Part shown: positions 1 to 9,399 of the stretch, in pieces
Layout of the letters: each line of letters starts with the position of its first letter
Position numbering within the stretch: the stretch's first letter is position 1
Assembly: GCA_902531885.1 (NCBI GenBank)
Contig: CACAFZ010000002.1
Span: forward strand, 41,247-105,246
Length of the DNA: 64,000 nt
DNA from: an uncultured Pelagibacteraceae bacterium
GTDB lineage: Bacteria > Pseudomonadota > Alphaproteobacteria > Pelagibacterales > Pelagibacteraceae
Direction of reading: 5' to 3'
Notes under the pieces: generated by a model
The model's database searches: none
Told to the model about the DNA's origin: nothing
The model's input: only the letters and a program-made list of their open reading frames with translations
Program-made: the position numbers and the translations under genes

Positions 1-841
1 AAGTGTTGAAGATTTATTAAAAGGAATAATAATTGCATCTGGAAATGATGCTTGTATTGCTTTAGCTGAAGGTATTGCTGGAACAGAAGAAGAATTTGCA
101 ATTATGATGACTGCAAAAGCAAAAGAAATTGGAATGAACAATACAAATTTTAATAACTCGTCAGGTATGACTGATGCCTACAACTACTCTACTGTTAAAG
201 ATATTTTAATAATGTCAAATTATTTGATTAAAAAATATCCTGAATATTATGAATATTTTAAAGAAGAAGAGTTCACCTGGGATAGGACAGGTGGTGACCC
301 TATTAAGCAAGGCAATAGAAACCCTTTGCTTTATAAAAACATTGGAGCCGATGGTATTAAAACTGGATATCTTGGTACTGAAAAATATTCATTAGCTGCT
401 TCAATAAAAAGAAATGAAAGAAGATTAATTTCAGTTGCAAGTGGCTTTGAAACTAAAAAATCTAGATCTAGACAATCATTAAAATTATTAACATGGGGCA
501 TGACTAATTTTGATCTTGTTGAAATATACAATTCTAAAAAACACAAAATTGAGCTAGATGTTTGGCTCGGTAAAAAAAATAAGGTTACTTCATACATAAA
601 AAAAAATATTTATAAAACAATACCTAAGGCTAGAAAAAGATATTTAAAAGTAAAAGTTCATTATGACGGACCACTAAAAGCACCAATTAAAAAAGATCAA
701 AAGATTGGTAAATATAAAATCTATTACAAGGATGAACTAATTGAAGAACATGATTTGTATTCTACAGAAGTAATAGGAAGATTAAATATTATTTCAAGAT
801 TAATAAAATCCATTAATTTTTTAATATGGGGTGATGTCTAA
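1..841 (+). CDS. dacA: D-alanyl-D-alanine carboxypeptidase (PBP5/6 family), 5'-truncated by window edge
   Basis: Frame is open from position 2 (SVEDLLKGIIIASGNDAC, SxN motif); KTG motif (GIKTG); PBP5 C-terminal domain; sits before tmk-holB-metG. Confidence 0.9.
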   Translation, partial: SVEDLLKGIIIASGNDACIALAEGIAGTEEEFAIMMTAKAKEIGMNNTNFNNSSGMTDAYNYSTVKDILIMSNYLIKKYPEYYEYFKEEEFTWDRTGGDPIKQGNRNPLLYKNIGADGIKTGYLGTEKYSLAASIKRNERRLISVASGFETKKSRSRQSLKLLTWGMTNFDLVEIYNSKKHKIELDVWLGKKNKVTSYIKKNIYKTIPKARKRYLKVKVHYDGPLKAPIKKDQKIGKYKIYYKDELIEEHDLYSTEVIGRLNIISRLIKSINFLIWGDV

Positions 842-1445
842 TTATCCTATCATAGTTTTTGAAGGTATTGAGGGCTCTGGCAAAACAACCCTTGTTAACC
901 ATGTTTCAAAATACCTGAAAAAAATAAAAAGAGATTTTGTTAAATTTAGAGAGCCAGGTGGTAGTAAAAACTCTGAAAAAATTAGAAAAATAATACTAGA
1001 TAATAAATCAGATTTAAATTCTATAGCTGATTTATTTCTTTACTTTGCATCAAGATCAGAAAATTATCAGAAAATTATTAAAAAAAACTATAATAAAAAA
1101 ATTATTTTAATCGACAGATTTACGGATTCTACTATTGCATATCAACATTATGGTATGGGTATTAATAAAAATTTAATAATGAATATAAATAATTTTATAA
1201 TAAATAAACTTAAACCAAATATGACATTTATAAATTTGGTTAATAAGAAAAATTTAAAAAAAAGACTAAAAAAAAGACTAAAAAAAAATAGATATGATAA
1301 TTTTACTTTTGATTTTTATAAAAAAGTTCAAAGTGGTTTTATTAAAATATCAAAAAAAAAACGAGGTTATGTTATAATTGACTCAAATAAAGAATTAAAT
1401 GAAAATAAAAAATTAATTATAAAAAAAATAAAAAAAATTATATAA
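831..1445 (+). CDS. tmk: thymidylate kinase
   Basis: FEGIEGSGKTT P-loop, REPGG and DRF..ST.AYQ motifs; ATG at 834 is an alternative start. Confidence 0.95.
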   Translation: MMSNYPIIVFEGIEGSGKTTLVNHVSKYLKKIKRDFVKFREPGGSKNSEKIRKIILDNKSDLNSIADLFLYFASRSENYQKIIKKNYNKKIILIDRFTDSTIAYQHYGMGINKNLIMNINNFIINKLKPNMTFINLVNKKNLKKRLKKRLKKNRYDNFTFDFYKKVQSGFIKISKKKRGYVIIDSNKELNENKKLIIKKIKKII

Positions 1446-1446
1446 C

Positions 1447-2376
1447 ATGTTAAATAAACCTCTTTATCAAAATAAATTAATAGGATTTGAAAACGAATTT
1501 AATGAGCTTTTAAATATATACGAAGGTGAAAGAGCACCATCGGGAGTTATTCTATATGGTAAAAATGGAATTGGAAAAAAAACATTTATATTTCATCTAA
1601 TTAATTCTATTTTATCAAAAAATGAAAATGGTGAATATAATCGTAAAGAAAAAATTATAGATATTAATAACCCATCATATAAACTAGCTCTTAATGATGT
1701 TCATCCAAATTTATTTATTATTGATATAAAAGAAGATAAAAAATCAATTGATATATTGCAGATAAGAGAAATGTTTAGATTTGCAAGAAAATCTACATTT
1801 AATAATAAATTAAAATTTATTGTTATCAATAATGCTGATAAGCTTAATTTATTTTCTTCTAATGCACTTTTAAAAATACTAGAAGAACCAAACGAAAAAA
1901 TTTCTTTCATTTTTATTCATGATTCTAAAAAAAATATTATAGAAACAATTAGATCGAGATGCGTTGTTTACAAGATGAATATAAATGATTTTGATAAAAT
2001 CAAAATTATAAAAAATATATTACCAAAACTAAATATTCAAAATAACTTATTTAATTACTACAGTACACCCGGTGAAATATTTGAATTTTATAACTTCTGT
2101 AATGAAAACAATATTGATTATAACGATACGAGCTTAGAATTTTTATTTAAGACAATTTCAGATAATATTTCATTAATAAAATCAAAATATATTTCCAAAA
2201 ATTTTACATCGTTAATTGAAATATATTTTTACAATAAAATTAACTCGTCAAAAAATGATTTAAAATATGTAAAATTGTATGAATATTTCTTAAAAAAAAT
2301 TAATTCATTCAATAAATACAACCTTGATTTAGAATCATTGTTGATAGAATTTAATGGTAAAATTAGAAATGGATAA
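1447..2376 (+). CDS. holB: DNA polymerase III delta' subunit
   Basis: G..GIGK, HPN and SNALLKILEEP..TIRSRC motifs; tmk-holB-metG synteny. Confidence 0.9.
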   Translation: MLNKPLYQNKLIGFENEFNELLNIYEGERAPSGVILYGKNGIGKKTFIFHLINSILSKNENGEYNRKEKIIDINNPSYKLALNDVHPNLFIIDIKEDKKSIDILQIREMFRFARKSTFNNKLKFIVINNADKLNLFSSNALLKILEEPNEKISFIFIHDSKKNIIETIRSRCVVYKMNINDFDKIKIIKNILPKLNIQNNLFNYYSTPGEIFEFYNFCNENNIDYNDTSLEFLFKTISDNISLIKSKYISKNFTSLIEIYFYNKINSSKNDLKYVKLYEYFLKKINSFNKYNLDLESLLIEFNGKIRNG

Positions 2377-3907
2377 ATTTTTTTATATAACTACACCTAT
2401 ATATTATCCTTCAGCAAAGCCTCATATGGGACATGCTTATTCTAGTATTCTTGCTGATTTTTTTGCAAGGTTTAAAAGAATTCAGGGTTACAAAGTTTTT
2501 TTTTTAACCGGTACTGATGAACATGGTCAAAAAATACAAAAAGCAGCTAAAGAAAATGGCATGGATCCAAAAGATTTTTGTGACAAAATATCAAAAACAT
2601 TTTTTGATTTGTCTAAAACATTAAATTTATCCAATGATGATTTTATTAGAACTACTGAGTTACGTCATAAAAAATCTGTTGAAACTTTATGGAATATTTT
2701 AGAAAAGAAAAAAGAAATTTATTTATCGAAATATTCTGGATGGTATTCAATTTCAGACGAAGCATTTTATTCTGATGATGAAATTGAGGATAAGGATAAT
2801 AAAAAAATTTCAAAAATTTCAGGTTCTCAGGTCGATTGGGTAGAGGAAGAATCATTTTTTTTCAAATTATCTAAATGGCAAAAACCTTTATTAAAATATT
2901 ATGAAGAAAACCCAAATTTTATTTTACCAGAGTCACGTAAAAATGAAGTTGTTAGTTTTGTAAAATCTGGATTAAATGATTTATCAATTAGCAGAAAATC
3001 ATTTACATGGGGTATAAAAGTTCCATCTAATAAAGATCATGTTATATATGTGTGGCTTGATGCTCTTACTAACTATCTTAGTGCCTTAAATTATCCTGAT
3101 ACTTCCAATATTCATTACAAATCTTATTGGCCTGCTTCACTACATTTAATAGGAAAAGATATATTGAGATTTCATGCAGTGTATTGGCCTGCCTTTCTTT
3201 TAGCCGCAAATATAGAACCACCAAAAAGAGTTTATGGTCATGGATGGATACTTTCAGGTGAAGAAAAAATGTCAAAATCAAGAGGCAATATACTAGATCC
3301 AATTGAAATTATTCAAAATTATGGACTCGATCCACTAAGGTATTATTTAATTAAAGAAGTGTCTTTTGGTAACGATGGTAATATTTCCAAGGATAAATTA
3401 GAAAGCTGTATTAATAGCGATTTGGCAAATAATTATGGAAATTTATGTCAAAGAGTAATTTCTTTTATAGAAAAAAATTTAAAATTAAATGTTCCTGAAA
3501 ACTATAATTTCATAGCTCAAGACACTAAAATTTTAAAAATATATGAAGATGAGTTTAACAAATTAGTTGATTCAATTGACAGTCAAAACATAAATTATTA
3601 TGTTAATTTTGTCCAAAATCAATTATTTGTTGCAAATAAATATTTTAATGATCAAGAACCATGGAAAAAAAAAGGTGATAAGGATAGATTAAATACTATT
3701 TTATATGTCTCTTTAGAATTAATTAGAAAAATTTCAATAATGCTTTACCCTATAATGCCCAATAGTACATTAAAAGCTTTAAAAATATTTAATATAACAG
3801 AAAATATTATTGATTTTAATTCTATTAAAAATCACGAATATTTAAAAATTAACGAAAAAATTAACAAGATTTCTATATTATTTAAAAAGATAGAAAAAAA
3901 TGATTGA
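2369..3907 (+). CDS. metG: methionyl-tRNA synthetase
   Basis: YITTPIYY, HMGH (HIGH motif), GTDEHG, KMSKS; likely start ATG 2369. Confidence 0.97.
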   Translation: MDKFFYITTPIYYPSAKPHMGHAYSSILADFFARFKRIQGYKVFFLTGTDEHGQKIQKAAKENGMDPKDFCDKISKTFFDLSKTLNLSNDDFIRTTELRHKKSVETLWNILEKKKEIYLSKYSGWYSISDEAFYSDDEIEDKDNKKISKISGSQVDWVEEESFFFKLSKWQKPLLKYYEENPNFILPESRKNEVVSFVKSGLNDLSISRKSFTWGIKVPSNKDHVIYVWLDALTNYLSALNYPDTSNIHYKSYWPASLHLIGKDILRFHAVYWPAFLLAANIEPPKRVYGHGWILSGEEKMSKSRGNILDPIEIIQNYGLDPLRYYLIKEVSFGNDGNISKDKLESCINSDLANNYGNLCQRVISFIEKNLKLNVPENYNFIAQDTKILKIYEDEFNKLVDSIDSQNINYYVNFVQNQLFVANKYFNDQEPWKKKGDKDRLNTILYVSLELIRKISIMLYPIMPNSTLKALKIFNITENIIDFNSIKNHEYLKINEKINKISILFKKIEKND

Positions 3908-4658
3908 TTCTCATTGTCATTTAGATCAGCCACCTTTAGATAAAAATATTAAAGATATTTTAATAAGATCAAAAAATATTGGTATTGAAAAACTTTTAAC
4001 TATATCAACGACACTCTCATCTTATGATAAAATTCTTAATCTTATCGATTATGACCCAATAATATATGGTACTTTTGGTATTCATCCACATGAGGCTGAC
4101 AAAGAACTTCTTTCTGTGGATGATATTGTACAAAAATATCGAATAAATAAAAAAATTATTGGAATAGGTGAAACAGGTTTAGATTTTTATTATAATAATA
4201 GCGAGAAGAAACAACAGTTGACTAGCTTTAAAAATCATACTGAAGCCTCAATAAAACTGAAAGCTCCTTTAATAGTCCATTCTAGAAATGCTGAAGACGA
4301 AACTTTTAATTTAATCAATGATTATAAGAATAAAAATCCCAAGATACTAATGCATTGTTTTACTGGATCTAATAATTTTGCTCAAAAGCTACTTAATTTA
4401 AACACTTATTTTTCAGCAAGTGGTATTATTACTTTTCAAAATAGTACTGATCTTCAAAATACTTTTAAAAATATTCCATTAGATAAACTGTTAGTAGAAA
4501 CAGATAGTCCTTTTTTAGCTCCTATACCCATGAGGGGGAAAAAAAATGAACCTAGTTATCTCAAATTCACCTTAAAAAAACTAGCTGAAATAAAAAAAAT
4601 TGATGTAGATGAACTAGATAAAATTACCACAGATAATTTTAATAAACTGTTTTTTTAA
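3900..4658 (+). CDS. tatD: TatD family DNase
   Basis: DSHCH, GIHPH, GETGLD and ETDSPFLAP motifs. Confidence 0.95.
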   Translation: MIDSHCHLDQPPLDKNIKDILIRSKNIGIEKLLTISTTLSSYDKILNLIDYDPIIYGTFGIHPHEADKELLSVDDIVQKYRINKKIIGIGETGLDFYYNNSEKKQQLTSFKNHTEASIKLKAPLIVHSRNAEDETFNLINDYKNKNPKILMHCFTGSNNFAQKLLNLNTYFSASGIITFQNSTDLQNTFKNIPLDKLLVETDSPFLAPIPMRGKKNEPSYLKFTLKKLAEIKKIDVDELDKITTDNFNKLFF

Positions 4659-5432
4659 ATGTCAGTTAAATTTACTATATTAGGGTGCGGGTATTCAATG
4701 GGTGTTCCAAGGATAGATGGAAATTTTGGTAAATGTGACCCTAAAAATAAAAAAAACTATAGAACCAGATGTTCGGCTTTATTAACATTTTCAAATAAAA
4801 ATATTTTGATCGATACTTCACCTGATTTAAGGTCTCAATTAATTAATAATAATGTAAAAAATATCGACTCTATTTTTTATACTCATGCACATGCCGATCA
4901 AACTCATGGAATTAATGATTTAAGAGTTTTTTATTTAAAAAATAAAAAAAAACTTTCTGTTTATGCTGATATAAGTACTAAAAAGTATCTTTTGAGAACT
5001 TTTTCTTATTGTTTTAAACCAAAATCAGAATACCCGCCAATTTTAAAAATGAATGATTTAAAAAAAGTCCATGTATTTAGAAATAAAAACAAATTAATTA
5101 AATTATTACCTATTAAGGTACAACATGGAAATATTGATAGTATATCATATATAATTAATAATAAATGTGCCTATGTAAGTGATGTTAATAAAATATATAG
5201 CAATGATATTAAATATTTTATGAATTTAAAATATTTTATAGTTGATTGTTTAAGATTTAAGTCTCACTATTCACATTTTAATTTAAATGAAGTTTTAAAC
5301 TTAATTAATTTAATTAAGCCACAAAAAACAATACTTACAAATTTAAATAATGAGATGGACTATATAAAACTAAAAAAAAAACTTCCTAAAAACGTAGTAC
5401 CAGCATTTGACGGTATGACATTTTCATTTTAA
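4659..5432 (+). CDS. MBL-fold metallo-hydrolase (PhnP/YycJ-like)
   Basis: THAHADQTHG metal motif; ILIDTSPDLRSQ; follows tatD as usual in alphaproteobacteria. Confidence 0.88.
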   Translation: MSVKFTILGCGYSMGVPRIDGNFGKCDPKNKKNYRTRCSALLTFSNKNILIDTSPDLRSQLINNNVKNIDSIFYTHAHADQTHGINDLRVFYLKNKKKLSVYADISTKKYLLRTFSYCFKPKSEYPPILKMNDLKKVHVFRNKNKLIKLLPIKVQHGNIDSISYIINNKCAYVSDVNKIYSNDIKYFMNLKYFIVDCLRFKSHYSHFNLNEVLNLINLIKPQKTILTNLNNEMDYIKLKKKLPKNVVPAFDGMTFSF

Positions 5433-5981
5433 ATAATTTTCAATAGCATTTTTAACTTTGTTTGAAGTAGGTTTTGTAAAAGAAGAAAATGTATCTACAA
5501 TTTTTCCATCTTTATTAATTAAAATTTTATAAAAATTCCATTTAGGCACAGATTTATTTCCATAATTTCTTTTAGCCCATTTATATATATCGTGAGCATT
5601 ATCACCTTTTACTTCATATATTGAAGTTAATGGAAAAGTTATATTGAAATTAACTTTACAAAAATCTTTTACTTCTTTTTCATCATCTTTTTCTTGACCA
5701 AAAGATTTTGATGGGACTCCTAAAACGATAAAACCTCTTTGATTATAAGTTTCCCATAAATCTTGAAGACCTTGATATTGATTTGTAAAACCACAATAAC
5801 TTGCTACATTAACTAACAATACAACTTTATTTTTATAATTATTTAAGTCAATTAAGTTTCCATCAATTGACTTAATTTTATAATCAAAAAAAGATTTATC
5901 ATAACTTGCGGATAAAGGTTTTAATGAAAAAATCATAATAAAAAATATACCTACTATTTTTGCAAAAATTTTGTGTTTCAT
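5424..5981 (-). CDS. glutathione peroxidase with N-terminal signal/TM segment
   Basis: VNVASYCGFT, FGQE and PKWNF motifs. Confidence 0.93.
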   Translation of the reverse strand: MKHKIFAKIVGIFFIMIFSLKPLSASYDKSFFDYKIKSIDGNLIDLNNYKNKVVLLVNVASYCGFTNQYQGLQDLWETYNQRGFIVLGVPSKSFGQEKDDEKEVKDFCKVNFNITFPLTSIYEVKGDNAHDIYKWAKRNYGNKSVPKWNFYKILINKDGKIVDTFSSFTKPTSNKVKNAIENYLK

Positions 5982-7162
5982 TTATTGTTTTTATTATTTG
6001 AAAATAATAATAATAAAAAATATCCAAATACTGTTGACAATAGTGATCCACTTAAAACACCTATTTTTACTCCATCTATATATTGAGTATTTTCTACAAA
6101 TGCCAAATTACCTACAAAAAGACTCATTGTAAAACCTATCCCAGTCAAGATTCCTACGCCATATAAACTTATCCAATTAGAGTTATTTGGCATTTTTGCT
6201 AAACCTAGTTTAATTGAAACAAATGAAAAAACAAATACTCCAATTTGTTTTCCTATAAATAATCCTAATAATATTCCTAAAGGAACAGGGGCTAAAAGGG
6301 ATGAAAAGTTTAAACCTTCAAGTGATACCCCTGCGTTAGCAAATGCAAATAATGGCATTATACCAAAAGCAACATAAGGACTTATAGAATGTTCAATTTT
6401 TACAAGTAAAGAAAAATCGTTTTCTCTTTTTTTATGAGGAATAGTACAAGCTAGTAAAACACCTGCTATTGTAGCATGAACGCCCGACTTATATGTAAAA
6501 AACCATAAAAACAAACCAATAATTAAGTATGGGAAAAAATTTTTTAATCCAAATTTATTTAAAAATAAAAGACATATAAAAAAAACAAACATTAAGCCTA
6601 AATTTATAATATTTAAATCTCCAGAATAGAAAAATGCAATTATTACAATTGCGCCAAGATCATCAATTATTGCTAAAGCTGTTAAAAAAACTTTTAACGA
6701 CAATGGTACTCTTGATCCGAGTAATGATAATATGCCAATAGAAAAAGCAATATCTGTTGCAGAAGGAATAGCCCAACCATTAAGTGTTTCCGGAGTTTCA
6801 AAATTAATGATAATATAAATTATAGCAGGTACTAACATCCCCCCTACGGCTGCAATTATAGGAAGTAAAGCTTGTTTTATCGAAGATAATTCACCTTGTA
6901 TAAATTCTCTTTTTATTTCCAAAGTTACAAAAAAGAAAAAAACTGCCATTAAAGCATCATTAATCCAATGTAGATAACTTAACTTAAGGCCAAAATTATT
7001 TATCCCTAAAAATAAATATTTATTCAGTGTGTCAAAATATATTTCTGAATATGATGAGTTACTTATTATTAAAGCAATTATAGCACTTATTAATAATATT
7101 AAGCCACTGGAAGCCTCTAATTTAAAAAACCATTTAAATGGTGAAGAAATATACTTTAACAT
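5978..7162 (-). CDS. nhaA: Na+/H+ antiporter NhaA
   Basis: WINDALM, GWAIPSATDIAF, LAIIDDLGA and GIGFTMSLF motifs. Confidence 0.97.
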   Translation of the reverse strand: MLKYISSPFKWFFKLEASSGLILLISAIIALIISNSSYSEIYFDTLNKYLFLGINNFGLKLSYLHWINDALMAVFFFFVTLEIKREFIQGELSSIKQALLPIIAAVGGMLVPAIIYIIINFETPETLNGWAIPSATDIAFSIGILSLLGSRVPLSLKVFLTALAIIDDLGAIVIIAFFYSGDLNIINLGLMFVFFICLLFLNKFGLKNFFPYLIIGLFLWFFTYKSGVHATIAGVLLACTIPHKKRENDFSLLVKIEHSISPYVAFGIMPLFAFANAGVSLEGLNFSSLLAPVPLGILLGLFIGKQIGVFVFSFVSIKLGLAKMPNNSNWISLYGVGILTGIGFTMSLFVGNLAFVENTQYIDGVKIGVLSGSLLSTVFGYFLLLLFSNNKNNK

Positions 7163-7164
7163 TG

Positions 7165-7626
7165 TTATCTAAATAAGTCTTTAAAGAACAAATTGATATC
7201 TGTTAATGTTTCGTAAAGATTTTCAAGAATAATGTTTATACTAGGAAATATATATGAAATCTGCAACTTAAAAGTATCTAGTAAAATTATTAAAGCTATA
7301 AATGAAATTATTGTCAAAAAAAATAATTTAAAATAATTTATAGTTATTTTTTTTTCAGTTTTTATTTTACTTAATTTTTCATCTTTTTCATAACTTTTAT
7401 CTTTTTTTTCTAAAGTTATATTATTAGCTTTATTGGATATTTTACTTTCATTGCTAGGTATTTTTTCATTTATATTAATTTTAATAGGTTTGGTAACTTC
7501 TTCATTTTGTATTTTAAAAAACCACTTATGGCTGCAGCTACCACATTGCAATAATCGTCCATTAGAAGGAATTAAATTATCCTTAACACTAAATGATTTT
7601 GTACAATTTGGACATTTTATATACAT
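7165..7626 (-). CDS. MJ0042-type zinc-ribbon membrane protein
   Basis: CPNC...QCGSCSHKWF at the N-terminus; C-terminal TM helix. Confidence 0.8.
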   Translation of the reverse strand: MYIKCPNCTKSFSVKDNLIPSNGRLLQCGSCSHKWFFKIQNEEVTKPIKININEKIPSNESKISNKANNITLEKKDKSYEKDEKLSKIKTEKKITINYFKLFFLTIISFIALIILLDTFKLQISYIFPSINIILENLYETLTDINLFFKDLFR

Positions 7627-7683
7627 ATAATAATATATAGCAGATTCTTATCAAATTACTTTCATTTTGAGACTCAATAAACA

Positions 7684-7712
7684 TTGAAAATAATAGCAAC
7701 TACTGTATTAGT
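7684..7712 (+). promoter_or_regulatory. probable original host promoter of tRNA-Pro, now upstream of the attL half-tRNA
   Basis: TTGAAA at 7684-7689 and an AT-rich -10-like TATTAG(T) at about 7706-7712, just before 7721. Confidence 0.45.
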
Positions 7713-7720
7713 AAGCCGAA

Positions 7721-7760
7721 CGGGGCGTAGCGCAGTCTGGTAGCGCATCTGGTTTGGGAC
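7721..7760 (+). pseudogene. attL: 5' half of tRNA-Pro(TGG), a 40 bp direct repeat of 17317-17356
   Basis: CGGGGCGTAGCGCAGTCTGGTAGCGCATCTGGTTTGGGAC is 39/40 identical to the start of the intact tRNA and diverges right after the anticodon loop; no T-arm or 3' acceptor strand follows. Confidence 0.95.
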
Positions 7761-7859
7761 TAGATGTATTTATTGTCCCAGGCGTTTCAATTAAACTATA
7801 TCTTTCAACACTAATAGAGCATATCAAAGCCTATTACATACATCAATAAAATAAGTTAA

Positions 7860-7880
7860 AGCCCCCATATGTCCCCCAAA
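7860..7880 (+). repeat. integrase arm-type site pair (left arm)
   Basis: AGCCCCCATATGTCCCCCAAA matches the paired GCCCCCAA repeats at 17134-17153 and 17210-17228. Confidence 0.7.
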
Positions 7881-7926
7881 TTCCCAGGTGTCAGTCAGGA
7901 ACCAAGCAATTACTGATCTTTGAATA

Positions 7927-7958
7927 TACCACGAAAGCCTTATTTTACGTGGTAAATT
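7927..7958. promoter_or_regulatory. operator-like inverted repeat TACCACG-N14-CGTGGTA(AATT)
   Basis: Same half-sites, 14 bp spacer and AATT flank as 14984-15015. Confidence 0.65.
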
Positions 7959-7989
7959 GCACATAAAAGACTCGTATAAGTTGAATAAA

Positions 7990-8020
7990 CGAGGCTCAGC
8001 CTACGGCTTCGCCTCGCTTT
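7990..8020 (+). other. GC-rich hairpin (terminator-like or origin hairpin)
   Basis: CGAGGC-TC-AGCC-TAC-GGCT-TC-GCCTCG followed by CTTT. Confidence 0.5.
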
Positions 8021-8289
8021 AGGAGCCACGTATAGCACGGTCAATCTCAATCCCGTGGTATTTACAAAAAAGATCCTAAATGCGTTTTAAACGTCGTTTT
8101 TAAGCGTTTAACCGATACACCTGAGCTGGTTTAACCTTTAGATTATATCCAGTTAAACTATCAATGATCCATAGACTTAGAGTACCTGAAAACTTATCAA
8201 CATTAAAAAAGTTTAGGTTCACAAGGTCAAAAAAATTTTATAAATTTTCAATTCGAAAGGAAAAAATTTTTTAAAAATTTCAAATCAAA

Positions 8290-8487
8290 ATGGGTTGGTA
8301 TAAACAACATAGCTCTTTTTCAGATCCACTCGATACACCAGTTGTTGATCGCTGCATAAATTGTGGCAATCACAAAGAGGTTAAAACTACAATGACAATG
8401 GAATTCGGGGAGGGCAACTATAACACTGGTCCAATCTGCAAAGATTGTTATTCAGCTAATCGTGGACCGAGGATAATTCAAGTTTAA
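8290..8487 (+). CDS. small zinc-finger protein (element)
   Basis: CINC...CKDC pairs; ends directly at a hairpin; the only + strand gene of the element. Confidence 0.6.
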   Translation: MGWYKQHSSFSDPLDTPVVDRCINCGNHKEVKTTMTMEFGEGNYNTGPICKDCYSANRGPRIIQV

Positions 8488-8525
8488 TTTTGCTCCCCAA
8501 ACAGGGCAGTCCGAGGAGCAAAAAA
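8488..8525. terminator. hairpin between convergent genes, likely terminator of the minus-strand transcript
   Basis: TTTTGCTCC (8488-8496) pairs with GGAGCAAAA (8515-8523). Confidence 0.5.
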
Positions 8526-8578
8526 CGTATTACTATTCAGACAAGGTGTGTATGAATAAGATAAACGTAATATACAAA

Positions 8579-9340
8579 TTATTTTCTATTTTTCAAACGC
8601 CAAATTTCCTCTTCAATTTTATTTTTAAATTCTGGTGGATCATTATCAGGCGTAAAGTTATTTGGATCTATCTCAACACTTTCTCTTTCTTCACGTTCAC
8701 TTTGTCCAAAGTTTCCAAAAAATAAACTATTGGATCTCGTTCCATGTTCAGATCTGTAATTATATAAATATGATTTTCTTTTGTGGTAATCATCATCAAC
8801 TTTCTGCAATCCTTTAGCATTTAACATAGATCCATATTTCGGGTTCACTCGATCTATGCCTACTGGTATGCCAGGACCAGGATCAACGTTTTTCTTTAGA
8901 GTTTCTTCGGCTGCCTTTAAGTTCTTTTCATCTAAATTTTTCTTTGCAATTTTAATGACTTCAGGTGTTATCTCATCAACAATTTTATCGCCTTTGTCAT
9001 ATCTAATCTTAGCAAGGTGTTTAACTAAATTATGTTCCTCTAATTGCCAACCGTTTCTAGCGTTATGGTAATTTGTTTTTAGTCCCTTGATTAATGCTCC
9101 TCGACGTCTGTATCGAGAGGCACGAAACGAGGAACCTGGACCTGGATTTTGACGGCTATCGCTACGGCTATTCACTATGAAAGGACGGTCTTTGAGAGGT
9201 GTTTTCCACCAAAATTTTTTATCGATTTCTTTAAAATTTCCATTTTCTAATCCACGTCTGCGTCTTGATCTCAACGCTTCGGGTTGAATACCAAGGATTG
9301 CAGCGTATTCACGGGAAGTTAATCTAAATTCATTATCCAT
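8579..9340 (-). CDS. hypothetical protein with N-terminal MerR/Xis/Nu1-like HTH (element)
   Basis: LTSREYAAILGIQPEALRSRRRRG HTH-like pattern; the rest is unrecognised. Confidence 0.7.
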   Translation of the reverse strand: MDNEFRLTSREYAAILGIQPEALRSRRRRGLENGNFKEIDKKFWWKTPLKDRPFIVNSRSDSRQNPGPGSSFRASRYRRRGALIKGLKTNYHNARNGWQLEEHNLVKHLAKIRYDKGDKIVDEITPEVIKIAKKNLDEKNLKAAEETLKKNVDPGPGIPVGIDRVNPKYGSMLNAKGLQKVDDDYHKRKSYLYNYRSEHGTRSNSLFFGNFGQSEREERESVEIDPNNFTPDNDPPEFKNKIEEEIWRLKNRK

Positions 9341-9348
9341 AATTCCGA

Positions 9349-9377
9349 GTAATAGATTACAAGAAACTAACGGTCAA
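9349..9377 (-). promoter_or_regulatory. sigma70-type promoter for the 253 aa gene
   Basis: TTGACC-17 bp-TATTAC on the minus strand, 8 nt before the ATG (probably leaderless). Confidence 0.5.
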
Positions 9378-9399
9378 GTTCGTACGGCTAACGAGGACG

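Noticed and set aside
7721-7800. Second complete tRNA-Pro gene
   Set aside because: Only the first 40 nt match; no T-arm or acceptor 3' strand follows.
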